The notes under the pieces: generated by a model
What the model was told of the DNA's origin: nothing
Seen by the model: only the letters and a program-made list of their open reading frames with translations
The model's database searches: none
Shown: one piece after another, positions 19,086 through 28,292 of the stretch
Layout of the letters: each line of letters begins with the position of its first letter
Position numbering within the stretch: the first letter of the stretch is position 1
DNA from: Clostridiales bacterium GWD2_32_19
GTDB taxonomy: Bacteria > Bacillota > Clostridia > Lachnospirales > UBA12420
Assembly: GCA_001795385.1 (NCBI GenBank)
Contig: MGOU01000047.1
Span: 1,397-65,396, forward strand
Reading direction: 5' to 3'
DNA length: 64,000 nt
Made by a program: the position numbers and the translations under genes

Positions 19086-19176
19086 ACAGATAGTATCTGT
19101 ATAAAACTCCTTTTTGCTACTTCAAAGGAGTTTTATCGACTTTTGTAAGTTATAAGATGAAGGTATAAAGAAAGGA

Positions 19177-19926
19177 TTGATAAATAGTTTGAACATAGGA
19201 CTGGGAGTTGTTAAAGTAACTGACTTTGATGTGGAAACTAATATACATAATATAGAAAATGCTATTAAAGAAGCGAAGGAAAAAGATATTGATCTTTTGT
19301 GCTTCGGAGAAGCGATACTGAATGGATTTGACGGAATAACATGGAATCTTGATGAAGACTTGAAAAAAAATGCCATTTCCCAAGATTCTCTAGTAATGAG
19401 TCACATGCGTAATTTAGCTATTAAAAATAAAATTGCTTTTGGAATAGGGTATTATGAAAAGTATGCAAACGATATATACGATAGTTATATCGTTTTTGAT
19501 GAAAATGGTGAAACACTTATAAATTACAGAAGAGTTTCAATAACATGGAAACCTAGCCGAGTATATGGTACTGATTATAAAGAAGGATTAAAAATTGAAG
19601 CATTTAAATATAAAGAAAAAACATTCGCAGTTGTAATATGTGGAGACTTATGGTATAAAGAAAATCAAAAAACTGTTAATCAGTTGCAAATAGATTATCT
19701 GCTATGGCCATTATATATTAGTTACACTGTGGAAGATTGGAAAATTAATGCAACCGAACAATATACTGAAAAAGTGAAGTTAGGTGGCAAGAATACTCTC
19801 ATAATCAATTCGTGGGATACTAAAATTAATATGGCTAATGGTGGGGCATTTTATATAAATGCAGATGGGAAATTATTACAAGAATTACCAATGTTGAATA
19901 TAGGGGTACTAAGTATAAAAATATGA
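19177..19926 (+). CDS. carbon-nitrogen hydrolase (nitrilase superfamily) protein
   Basis: The E...K...C triad context is CFGEAILNG...RRVS...FAVVICGDLWY. The start codon (TTG) is uncertain. Confidence 0.78.
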   Translation: MINSLNIGLGVVKVTDFDVETNIHNIENAIKEAKEKDIDLLCFGEAILNGFDGITWNLDEDLKKNAISQDSLVMSHMRNLAIKNKIAFGIGYYEKYANDIYDSYIVFDENGETLINYRRVSITWKPSRVYGTDYKEGLKIEAFKYKEKTFAVVICGDLWYKENQKTVNQLQIDYLLWPLYISYTVEDWKINATEQYTEKVKLGGKNTLIINSWDTKINMANGGAFYINADGKLLQELPMLNIGVLSIKI

Positions 19927-19986
19927 ACATAAATATACCAATTTCATTAAAATAGTTAAATAATGATTATTAAATAGGATACAATC

Positions 19987-20061
19987 GAGAGGTCTAAAAA
20001 TTTACTTAATAGATTTTCCAACCTCTCAACCACCGTACGTGCCGTTCATCATACAGCGGTT
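19987..20061 (-). ncRNA. candidate orphan group II intron domain V plus domain VI-like hairpin
   Basis: Minus sense, 34 nt: AACCGCUGUAUGAUGAACGGCACGUACGGUGGUU. A 9-bp lower helix, an AC bulge and the string ACGUACGGU match canonical D5 (GAGCCGUAU...ACGUACGGUUC), with CGC at the triad position. It is followed immediately by the hairpin GAGAGGU...ACCUCUC. No D1-D4 or IEP lies upstream. Confidence 0.3.
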
Positions 20062-20193
20062 TGTTAATTTATACACCTTGTAATATTTCGACATTTTTTC
20101 AAATACTCCTAAAATTTCTTTTTTTATTTTGGATTGTTTTCAATTTTTTCCATAAACACACTCTTATCCTTCTTCGTATCCTAATAAAACTCT

Positions 20194-21075
20194 CTATTCT
20201 TCCTCATCCCATTCTGTATTAAACATATATAACTTAGCTGGCCTAAACCCTGCTCCCGTCATAACTCCGTCTGTCTCAATCAGTAACCTTTTAATTTTTC
20301 TTTGAAAATTCGCCTTTGAGTATTCCTTTTTAATTATAGTTTCGTATACCTGCTGAAGCTCCATTAATGTGAATTTTTGTGGCATTAATCTAAATGCTAT
20401 ATCACTATGTTCAAGCTTATTTTTTAGCTTTTTTTCAGCATATAGTATCATCTCCGCATGATCGTACCCAATACCATTACTTTCTATTATCTCTATAGTT
20501 TTTTCTACCGTATTAGCTTTTACTGTTTTCACATATTTTACCTTTGCACTTAATATTTCAATGTTATTATTTAATACAATCTGCATTATGCTTTCTTTTC
20601 TATAACCATCAGTCTGCTCTTCTTTATCAGATTGTATAAGCTTTGTAGATATTTTAAACCATTCTGCTTCCTCTGCACCAAACTCTTTTCCTGAACTTAC
20701 AGTTACTGCTTTTATAAGAGCTATATAGCATATGGATACAATTCTACCTCTCTTATCTCGATCTGACCCTCCATATGTAAAGATTTGTTCTAAATGTATA
20801 TCATTAACCCCTGTCTTCTGCTGTAACTTTATTTTTGCCGATTTATCTATATCTACACCTTTATGAATAAAGCCTCCAGGTAACTCCCAGAAACTATTCG
20901 TTCCTCTTTTGATTAATAAAACTTTAAGTTCTTTTTCAGGTAGCTTCCTATAATTCTTTTTTTCAATCTCACCTATAGCAAATACCACTGAGTCTGTCAT
21001 TACATATGGTACATCATATAACCCTTTTTCATACATCTTAGATAAATCATCCTGAAAAGAAATTCTTTCATCCAT
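20194..21075 (-). CDS. NrtR-like protein: Nudix domain plus C-terminal winged-helix
   Basis: Start set at the ATG after GAGGTG (MDERISF...). Nudix-like region WELPGGFIH..., C-terminal FTLMELQQVYETIIKKEYSKANFQRKIKRL. Confidence 0.78.
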   Translation of the reverse strand: MDERISFQDDLSKMYEKGLYDVPYVMTDSVVFAIGEIEKKNYRKLPEKELKVLLIKRGTNSFWELPGGFIHKGVDIDKSAKIKLQQKTGVNDIHLEQIFTYGGSDRDKRGRIVSICYIALIKAVTVSSGKEFGAEEAEWFKISTKLIQSDKEEQTDGYRKESIMQIVLNNNIEILSAKVKYVKTVKANTVEKTIEIIESNGIGYDHAEMILYAEKKLKNKLEHSDIAFRLMPQKFTLMELQQVYETIIKKEYSKANFQRKIKRLLIETDGVMTGAGFRPAKLYMFNTEWDEEE

Positions 21076-21186
21076 TTTATGCACCTCATTTGCCATCCTA
21101 TTTTAATATAATATAAACTAATAAGGTATTAATGTCAATAAAAACTCTATATAAGTGTATACTATTTTTCACTCATTATTAAGCTA

Positions 21187-22038
21187 TCAGCTAGTTTTGC
21201 CTCTTAACGCAAATGTAATAAAGAAAAATATCGATGAAATCAAAACGATTGTGGCTCCTGTTGCTGTTTCTATGTAGTATGAAAGTATCAGTCCACTTAC
21301 TCCAGATATCATAGATATAAGTATTGTTACTAAATGATATTGTCTCACATTTGAAGTGATATTTCTTGCTGCTGCTGCAGGTAAAATAAGTAATGAATTT
21401 ATAACCAAAAGCCCTATCCATGACATCGATATTGTAACTATTACAGCAATCGTAGTCGTAAAAATTACCTCAACCCAAAATGTTTTGATACCTCTGCTTG
21501 CGGCAAGTGATTGATTAACACTAACGACTAGTAGTTTATTAAATAATAACCACCATAGTATCACCACCAATGCTAGAACAAAGAAAAGCAAACCTATCTC
21601 AGAAGGTGTGATACTCAGAATATCTCCCACGAGAAATATATTGAGCTTTGTAAAACTCTGTCCACCTAAGGTGGATATAAAAATTCCAAGTGCAACCGCA
21701 ACAGCAGAAAACACTCCTATTACTGTGTCACTAGAAATCTTACTCTTATTTTTTACCAATGTTATTCCAAGAGAAAAAATGATGGAAAATACTATTGCCG
21801 ACCATATAGGCCTTACAAATCCAAGCATTCCACCGATAACGACACCCGTGAATGCTCCGTGGCCCAAAGCATCAGAGAAAAACGCCAACCTGTTATTTAC
21901 TATCATCGTTGCTAGTATTCCAAAAATAAACGAAACAAGTATTATAGCAAGAAGCGCATTCTTCATAAAATACATATGGTCTGCCTTCGCCCAATCAAAA
22001 GGCATAACGAGTTCTACTAATCTATACCAAATCTCCAT
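21187..22038 (-). CDS. metal (Zn/Mn) ABC transporter permease, ABC-3 family
   Basis: 283 aa, multi-TM, with FFSDALGHGAFTGV. Confidence 0.85.
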   Translation of the reverse strand: MEIWYRLVELVMPFDWAKADHMYFMKNALLAIILVSFIFGILATMIVNNRLAFFSDALGHGAFTGVVIGGMLGFVRPIWSAIVFSIIFSLGITLVKNKSKISSDTVIGVFSAVAVALGIFISTLGGQSFTKLNIFLVGDILSITPSEIGLLFFVLALVVILWWLLFNKLLVVSVNQSLAASRGIKTFWVEVIFTTTIAVIVTISMSWIGLLVINSLLILPAAAARNITSNVRQYHLVTILISMISGVSGLILSYYIETATGATIVLISSIFFFITFALRGKTS

Positions 22039-22186
22039 AAGCTTTTATGCACCCCCGACTTTTATTAAACTTCCTCTTCCATTTTTTCCTCTTCTATCAA
22101 GCACAGACAAGCTTGAGCCTTACAAGTTTTTCCAGTAGCACGACGGCTTGCCTGCGCCGTCTTCACCTACATGTCTAAATTTATCC

Positions 22187-22945
22187 TTAAACTCTCATTC
22201 CAAAGGTTTTTAAAAAACTTTTATCTTTATATACTTCTTCCGCACTACCGTTACACAATACAGTTCCATTTAGTAAAACAACACGATCTGCATATTTACT
22301 TATAATATCAAAGTCATGAGAAACAAGTATTATCGATAAATCATATGCTTTACGTATTTCTGACACAGTTTTATAGAATAATTCCATGCCATTCTGATCT
22401 ATACCTGAAACCGGTTCATCAAGTAATAGCAAATCTGGTACAGGGTCAAGCGCGAGAGCGAGTAAAACTCTTTGCATTTCTCCACCTGAGAGTGCTCCGA
22501 GACGCCTTTTTATAAGATGTGCCACCTTTACACGTTCTAAACTTTCTTCTACATCTTTCAAAACCTTTTTTGGTGTATAAAGCCATGCAGGAAAAGATGA
22601 TCTACATGCCATGAAAAGGTCAAGTACGCTGGTTGGTGAACCCGCATCAAAATTCAAGCTCTGTGGAACATAACCGATTATAGGATGTCCCGTGTGAATA
22701 CCCTTCTCATCAAGAAATTCTAGTTTTCCTGTATGTTTTATTTCGCCTAGCAGTGCCTTGAGCAATGTACTTTTACCAGCTCCATTAGGTCCTATAAGTG
22801 CCGTAAGCTCCCCGCAATGAATATGTATGTTTACATCTTTGAGTATGGTGCTTCTACCATAAACCACACCAATATTTTCAATTTTTGTACAACATAATCC
22901 ACCGCAGGTTTTCTCGCAGTTCATATTATATTTATTTTTTATCAT
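22187..22945 (-). CDS. metal ABC transporter ATP-binding protein
   Basis: GPNGAGKSTLLKAL, LSGGEMQRVLLALAL, LLLDEP. Unusual Cys-rich N-terminal extension MNCEKTCGGLCCTK. Its start overlaps the upstream stop. Confidence 0.88.
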   Translation of the reverse strand: MIKNKYNMNCEKTCGGLCCTKIENIGVVYGRSTILKDVNIHIHCGELTALIGPNGAGKSTLLKALLGEIKHTGKLEFLDEKGIHTGHPIIGYVPQSLNFDAGSPTSVLDLFMACRSSFPAWLYTPKKVLKDVEESLERVKVAHLIKRRLGALSGGEMQRVLLALALDPVPDLLLLDEPVSGIDQNGMELFYKTVSEIRKAYDLSIILVSHDFDIISKYADRVVLLNGTVLCNGSAEEVYKDKSFLKTFGMRV

Positions 22946-23853
22946 TTTAACGCCTCTTCTATCGATTTTAGATTTTGTTCCATTATATTAATATATGAAT
23001 TCAAGCTTCCATCCCCTGTCACTGCTGGGTCAAGTGTGTATATTTTGGCACCCGTTTCGCTAGCAATAGTCTCTGCTGCTCCTATAGAATATTGAGGTTC
23101 AGCAAACAATGCTTTTATTTCTGATTCTTTTACGGTATTTATGGTTTCCTCAAGTTCTCTCGGAGTAGGCTGTGAACCTGGTTCTCTTTCAATTATTGCT
23201 ACAATGTTAAACTTAAATTCCTTTGCAAAATACGGAAAAGCTTCATGGAATGTGATAATGTCGTTGTTCTTCACTTCATCTAGAACCTTATGCATTTTAT
23301 CCTTTTGATTCTCAAGTTTCCTTATATATTCATCTGCGTTTTTCTTGTATTTTGAAGCATTTTCAGAATCAATAATAGCCAATTGTTTTTCTATATTTCT
23401 AACTTGCAAAACCGAATTCGATATACTTAACCACACATGTGGATTATCCTCTCCATCACTTTCATTTTTAACAAGTTCTATTCCTTGACTCGCCTCTACT
23501 ATTTTCAAGTTAGGCTGCCCTTTTACAACCTTGTCCATAAACGCTTCCATACCTGCACCGTTTATGACAAAGGCATCTGCCACTTCAAGTGTTTTTAAAT
23601 CAGCAGGCGTAAGGGAATAATCATGTAGACATCCTGTTTGATCCTTCGTCATATTAATAACTTTTACACTTGATATATCCCTTGCTACATTTAATGCCTC
23701 AATATACATAGGATAAAACGATGTCACAATAACAAACTCTTTACTTTCACTAGTACCAATCGACTTTTCTTCACTTTCATCTTGCCCGCATCCGCTAAAT
23801 ATAGTTATCCCTAAAATTAATATCAACAACAATCTTATACTACCGATTTTCAT
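22942..23853 (-). CDS. metal ABC transporter substrate-binding lipoprotein (TroA/ZnuA family)
   Basis: Lipobox IFSGCG and a cluster-9 SBP pattern (NPHVWLS). Confidence 0.88.
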   Translation of the reverse strand: MKIGSIRLLLILILGITIFSGCGQDESEEKSIGTSESKEFVIVTSFYPMYIEALNVARDISSVKVINMTKDQTGCLHDYSLTPADLKTLEVADAFVINGAGMEAFMDKVVKGQPNLKIVEASQGIELVKNESDGEDNPHVWLSISNSVLQVRNIEKQLAIIDSENASKYKKNADEYIRKLENQKDKMHKVLDEVKNNDIITFHEAFPYFAKEFKFNIVAIIEREPGSQPTPRELEETINTVKESEIKALFAEPQYSIGAAETIASETGAKIYTLDPAVTGDGSLNSYINIMEQNLKSIEEALK

Positions 23854-23918
23854 TTATATTCCTCCATCTTCATTCTGGTAGTGCCACTTTGAATTCAAAT
23901 CATGCAACTACTTATCCA

Positions 23919-24449
23919 TTATTTCTTAAAAATACCATATGCCCCATAGTCTATATTAATTTCTGTATAATCAATAACTATATTATTCTGATATGCTTTT
24001 AATAAGTCAATAAGTTGATGGAGTCTTTTCCTCTTAATCATCATTATTAGAAGGTGTCTCTCTTCATTCATACCCTCTCCTTTAAAAACAGTTACTGCAA
24101 AATTGTGACTTCTTATTTTAACCGCTAACTCATATCCATCTTTACTTCTAACTATTGCACTTACTTTTACATTCCCTAATGAAAGCTTGTCACTTAATCT
24201 ACCCCCAAAATATACACCTAAAGTGAAGCCTATAGAGTATATTATTGCAAGCATTGGATCTTTGTCCATATTTTTAAGCACTCCTGCTGCTACATATATC
24301 CATAAAGTTATCTCAATTAACCCAACAAGCGAACTTTTAATTTTTTCTCCCTTAGATGAAAGTATTATCCTTAAAGTACTTACCGCTACTTCCAATACTT
24401 TCGCAACTAATATAAATGCATACAACGCTATTCCTGTCAATCCAAACAC
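23919..24449 (-). CDS. UPF0316/DUF2179 membrane protein
   Basis: GTG start 8 nt after GGAGG. N-terminal TM helices followed by a DUF2179-like C-terminus. Confidence 0.72.
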   Translation of the reverse strand: MFGLTGIALYAFILVAKVLEVAVSTLRIILSSKGEKIKSSLVGLIEITLWIYVAAGVLKNMDKDPMLAIIYSIGFTLGVYFGGRLSDKLSLGNVKVSAIVRSKDGYELAVKIRSHNFAVTVFKGEGMNEERHLLIMMIKRKRLHQLIDLLKAYQNNIVIDYTEINIDYGAYGIFKK

Positions 24450-24698
24450 AATACATACCTCCGTCCTGTTGTTTATATTAATTTAAAAGACTATAATAGT
24501 TTAGTCCTAATACATAAAAAAGTCAATAGACTTTTTTAACTTGTAATCTAAAAAACCGCATTTTTTTTATCTACAATTTCCTAGGCTTATTATCTTATTA
24601 TCTTACATTACTTAGTTTTTATTAATATTTTAAAAATCATTAATCCATATACTTATATATTAAAATAGTAATATTTTTCGTTAAATTAATCTAAATAC

Positions 24699-24727
24699 TT
24701 GACAAATACGACCTTAAATTATACAAT
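24699..24727 (+). promoter_or_regulatory. putative sigma-A promoter of the MFP gene
   Basis: TTGACA, a 17-nt spacer, then TACAAT. Confidence 0.45.
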
Positions 24728-24801
24728 AAAAATAAAAATAGTAAGGTATTATATCTGAAATAAATGTAAGCCTAAAATATATGTAAAAGAGGAGTTATAC
24801 T

Positions 24802-26091
24802 ATGAAAAAATTATATGTTAGAATAGCAATAGGAATCGTCATCGTGGGTATACTATTCGCTTGTGGATATGTATATAGTACTCAATTAAAAAATGCAAAC
24901 AGTAAAGTGACAGTTAAAGCATGTAAGCTCGAAACCAAGGACATGACAGCAAAACTAGATATATCTGGAGTTATGCTTCCAAACGAGACTGTTAGTATAG
25001 TACCTAAGATAGGTGGAAGAATAAAAGCAATGAATGTAAAAACAGGTAGCAAAATAAAAGCTGGAGAAATCATAGCAATAATTGAAGCCAATGAACTAAG
25101 TGCACAGATGGCTCAGGCTGAAGCAGCAGTTAAGATGGCAGAGGACCAAATCGATCAGGCAAGGATTAATATGAGAACAGCAGAAAGTACAGCATCTAGC
25201 ACCGAGAAGATTTTGATTGATCAAGCAACTCAGGCAAAAATAAACTTTGAAATAGCAGAGCGAGCATATAATAAAGATTTAGCGCTTTCGGTATCTGGAC
25301 AAGTTCCCCAAAGCCAGCTTGAGGATAATAAAAATAAATATGATGTAGCAAAAAAGCAATATGTTATGTCTATAATTTCAGATGGCTCATCCGCTCAAAG
25401 TCAAATTTTAACTGCCAAAAGCAAGTATGAATTAGCACAAAAACAGTATGAAATAGCGAGTGGAGCGACACTTGAACAAGCTAAGGCAGCGCTTAATGTA
25501 CTAAAAGTTCAGTTTGATAACACAATTATATCTAGTCCGATATCAGGAACTGTAACAAATGAGAATTTGCATGTAGGCGAGCTAGCTGCAGTAGGTTCAA
25601 CAATTGTGACTATAGCAGATACTAATCTACTAAAGCTCAAAGGAACCGTTTCACAGGAGTTTGTTCCAATACTCAAAGAGGGTCAAAAAATAGATGTAAA
25701 AATAGATGCATATAAAGACAGTGCATTTGAAGGAACTGTATCAAAATTAGGACCAGTAGCCATGAGCACAGGAACGGATTTTCCTATAGAAATAACAATA
25801 AGCAATTCACAAGACTTACTTGCTGGATTTTCCGCAAAAGCAAGTTTAAATTTAACAATAGAAGCAAAAAACATCTTACCCATAAGTACACTAGTTGTAG
25901 ATAACGGTAAGAATTATGTATACATAATAAAAGACGGCGTGGTAGTAAAACAAATAGTTGAGATAGGTCTGAAAAATGATAGTGTTGTTGAGATTATAAA
26001 AGGAATAAATGCTAGTGATATTGTTGCCCAAACAAATGTGAAGGATTTATTCGAAGGCAGTAAGGTTGTTATTGAAAATAAGTCAGAATAA
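24802..26091 (+). CDS. HlyD/efflux membrane-fusion (periplasmic adaptor) protein
   Basis: N-terminal TM helix, lipoyl-like IVPKIGGRIKAMNVKTGSKIKAGEIIAIIE, a long coiled coil and beta-barrel domains. Confidence 0.85.
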   Translation: MKKLYVRIAIGIVIVGILFACGYVYSTQLKNANSKVTVKACKLETKDMTAKLDISGVMLPNETVSIVPKIGGRIKAMNVKTGSKIKAGEIIAIIEANELSAQMAQAEAAVKMAEDQIDQARINMRTAESTASSTEKILIDQATQAKINFEIAERAYNKDLALSVSGQVPQSQLEDNKNKYDVAKKQYVMSIISDGSSAQSQILTAKSKYELAQKQYEIASGATLEQAKAALNVLKVQFDNTIISSPISGTVTNENLHVGELAAVGSTIVTIADTNLLKLKGTVSQEFVPILKEGQKIDVKIDAYKDSAFEGTVSKLGPVAMSTGTDFPIEITISNSQDLLAGFSAKASLNLTIEAKNILPISTLVVDNGKNYVYIIKDGVVVKQIVEIGLKNDSVVEIIKGINASDIVAQTNVKDLFEGSKVVIENKSE

Positions 26092-26106
26092 AATGGAGTC
26101 AGATAA

Positions 26107-26140
26107 AAGGACAGTTCCTTATTTATAGGAACTGTCCTTT
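26107..26140. terminator. bidirectional terminator (MFP gene / LysM-M23 gene)
   Basis: AAAGGACAGTTCC-N9-GGAACTGTCCTTTT. Confidence 0.6.
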
Positions 26141-26215
26141 TGTTCTGTATAAAAAACTATATATTACTACTTCTTTTGAAAAATTAGCAAAAAACCAACA
26201 TCCCCTTCCACATCT

Positions 26216-27244
26216 TTATTGACTTAATTTCTTTAAATATGGATATGGATTTATTGTTGTCATATCTGATGTTTTGTATATACCTACATGTAAATGTGGT
26301 GCAAACTTACCAGTTGTTCCTTCTGGTCCGTATCCTGTATCACCTACATATCCTACTAACTCCCCTGCAGATACTTTCTTTCCAATATACATGCCATCTG
26401 CGTATTTTGAAAAATGTGCATAGTATAGTGAGTAGTTTATTCCGTCTAGTTTAATCATTATTCTATAACCGCCATATTCGTTCCATCCTATATTTGTTAT
26501 CACCCCTGCTCCCATTGCATATACTGGTGTTCCCTTGTTTGCCATGATATCTTGTCCCTCATGAACTCTTACTGTTCCTGTTGTGCTATAATCCCTTGCT
26601 GCTGCGTAGCTATTTGTAAATGCTTGATAATCTGTTTTTGCTTTGAATGGAAATACTATAAGCTTTGACTCAACAATTGAGTCCAGTGTATAAACTATAC
26701 TTGCTGGTATTTTCAAAACTTGTCCTATCGTTAAATAATCGCTTGTAAGACCATTTAAAGTTTTTATTCCACTAATTGTAACATCATATAAAACCCCTAT
26801 GCTCCATAGGTTATCTCCTGCTTTAACCGTATGAGTTCTGTAACTTGCATATGTAACATTTGATACAATTGTATCTTTCTCTATTATCAGCACTTGCCCT
26901 ACGGTCAAATAATCTGAAGTAAGATTGTTTAATGTCTTTATTCTATCAATCGTAGTATTGTACTTTTGACTTATTTTCCACAACGTATCTCCTGAAATCA
27001 CTGTATATTGTATAATTTTATCAGTTGGTATTGTAAGTTTTTGATTTACATATAAATAATCTGTTGTTAAATTATTTGCAGTTTTTATGCTAGTTATTGA
27101 TACCGAATAAGCTTTACTTATCAAATATAGTGTATCTCCACTCTTAACGGTATATGTAAAATCAGCATAACCCTTGCCTGGGAAAATTACCATAAAACTC
27201 AAGAGCAATATAAATAACCATTTGATTTTATACTTCCTAATCAT
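26216..27244 (-). CDS. secreted LysM(x4)-M23 peptidoglycan endopeptidase
   Basis: Start set at MIRKYKIKWLFILL (signal peptide). Four YTVxSGDTLW/YxIS LysM repeats and an intact M23 site (HEGQDI...YAHFS...APHLHVGIY). Confidence 0.88.
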   Translation of the reverse strand: MIRKYKIKWLFILLLSFMVIFPGKGYADFTYTVKSGDTLYLISKAYSVSITSIKTANNLTTDYLYVNQKLTIPTDKIIQYTVISGDTLWKISQKYNTTIDRIKTLNNLTSDYLTVGQVLIIEKDTIVSNVTYASYRTHTVKAGDNLWSIGVLYDVTISGIKTLNGLTSDYLTIGQVLKIPASIVYTLDSIVESKLIVFPFKAKTDYQAFTNSYAAARDYSTTGTVRVHEGQDIMANKGTPVYAMGAGVITNIGWNEYGGYRIMIKLDGINYSLYYAHFSKYADGMYIGKKVSAGELVGYVGDTGYGPEGTTGKFAPHLHVGIYKTSDMTTINPYPYLKKLSQ

Positions 27245-27370
27245 ATCACCATTCCTTTCTTTATTTTTTTGTGTCGAGTTAATATTTGCCACCCCCTGAT
27301 TAAAGATTATTTTCATTTACATTACTTTTTCATTATACTATGAATATAGCATAAATTAAAGCTGTAAATG

Positions 27371-27432
27371 TTGGAAGGAACAGAAAAAGGAACTCTTTAG
27401 TCTAAAAGAGTTCCTTTTTCTGTTCCTTCCAA
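27371..27432. repeat. 28-bp perfect palindrome immediately after fliS
   Basis: TTGGAAGGAACAGAAAAAGGAACTCTTT (27371-27398) and its exact reverse complement (27405-27432) flank a 6-nt loop. No clean U-run follows in either sense. Confidence 0.85.
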
Positions 27433-27433
27433 C

Positions 27434-27826
27434 TTACTCATTTACTGCTTTTTTTACTTTAGTTATTTCCATAGCTTCTTTCCATGTATCCCTTAGTTCT
27501 CTAAGATATCCTTGCACTTCTTCTAGTATTTGTTTATCTTTCTTAAAATTTGCTTCCAATAGCCTTCTATATATATAATTATACATACTATCTAAATTTT
27601 TTCCAACATCATATTTTGTATCCACAGTCGATATAAATTCCATTATTATGTTTTCCGTTCTTATAATAAAGTTGTGTGCCTCTTCTGTTTTCTGATTTTC
27701 TATGGCTCTTATTGCTTGATTACAAAATTTTAAAGCTCCATCATATAACATTAAATTTAATTCTTGCGAGGATGCTGTCATTACTTTGCTACTTAGATAT
27801 GTATTGCTTGCATTATTTGTTGTCAT
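27434..27826 (-). CDS. fliS: flagellar export chaperone FliS
   Basis: LNLMLYDGALKFCNQAI; 130 aa. Confidence 0.9.
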   Translation of the reverse strand: MTTNNASNTYLSSKVMTASSQELNLMLYDGALKFCNQAIRAIENQKTEEAHNFIIRTENIIMEFISTVDTKYDVGKNLDSMYNYIYRRLLEANFKKDKQILEEVQGYLRELRDTWKEAMEITKVKKAVNE

Positions 27827-27838
27827 TATAATCCCCTC

Positions 27839-28267
27839 CTATAATTTCTTGCCAATTATCTTGTCTATATATATGCCACCCTCGTATAGATCCTTTTTTT
27901 GGTATCCTTGATTAATGACTTTCTTTCCAATATTTATTGAATGTATTTTTACATACAATCCTTTTTTAAGATTATCTGCTGTTTTCTGATTATCTTTATC
28001 CATTTCTTGTACTTCTCTATACTTGTCAATTATTTCTTTTTTTATAGAGTCTACTTCTTTGTCTTCATAATTTTCAATGCTCTTACTGAGTAAAATATCC
28101 AATTCATTAATTCGTTTAATATCATCTTCTCTTTTTTCAATTAACCTCAAAAGCTTCTCTGTGTCTTCACTAATAAGAGCTTCCTTTTGGCGTTTTGAAT
28201 TTCTATAGATTGAGTTCACTTTATCTAATTTTTCCAAATTGTACTTTTTATAGTCGTTAAATTCCAT
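27839..28267 (-). CDS. putative flagellar chaperone-like coiled-coil protein (FlgN/FliT-like, by position only)
   Basis: Start set at MEFNDYKK after AAGGAGG. The track N-terminus runs into the repeat element. Assigned from its position between fliD and fliS. Confidence 0.4.
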   Translation of the reverse strand: MEFNDYKKYNLEKLDKVNSIYRNSKRQKEALISEDTEKLLRLIEKREDDIKRINELDILLSKSIENYEDKEVDSIKKEIIDKYREVQEMDKDNQKTADNLKKGLYVKIHSINIGKKVINQGYQKKDLYEGGIYIDKIIGKKL

Positions 28268-28292
28268 ACTTATCATCCTCCTTAATGAATCT

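Noticed and set aside
17365..19383. Small ORFs 17365-17568, 18509-18703, 18763-19008, 19122-19376 and 19150-19383
   Set aside because: They are antisense to purA or overlap the promoter, terminator or start of the acidic-protein and C-N hydrolase genes. The 18834 start lies inside a consensus promoter.
21608..22138. 176-aa plus-strand ORF
   Set aside because: It is antisense to the ABC-3 permease gene. Long antisense frames of this kind are typical of AT-rich genomes.
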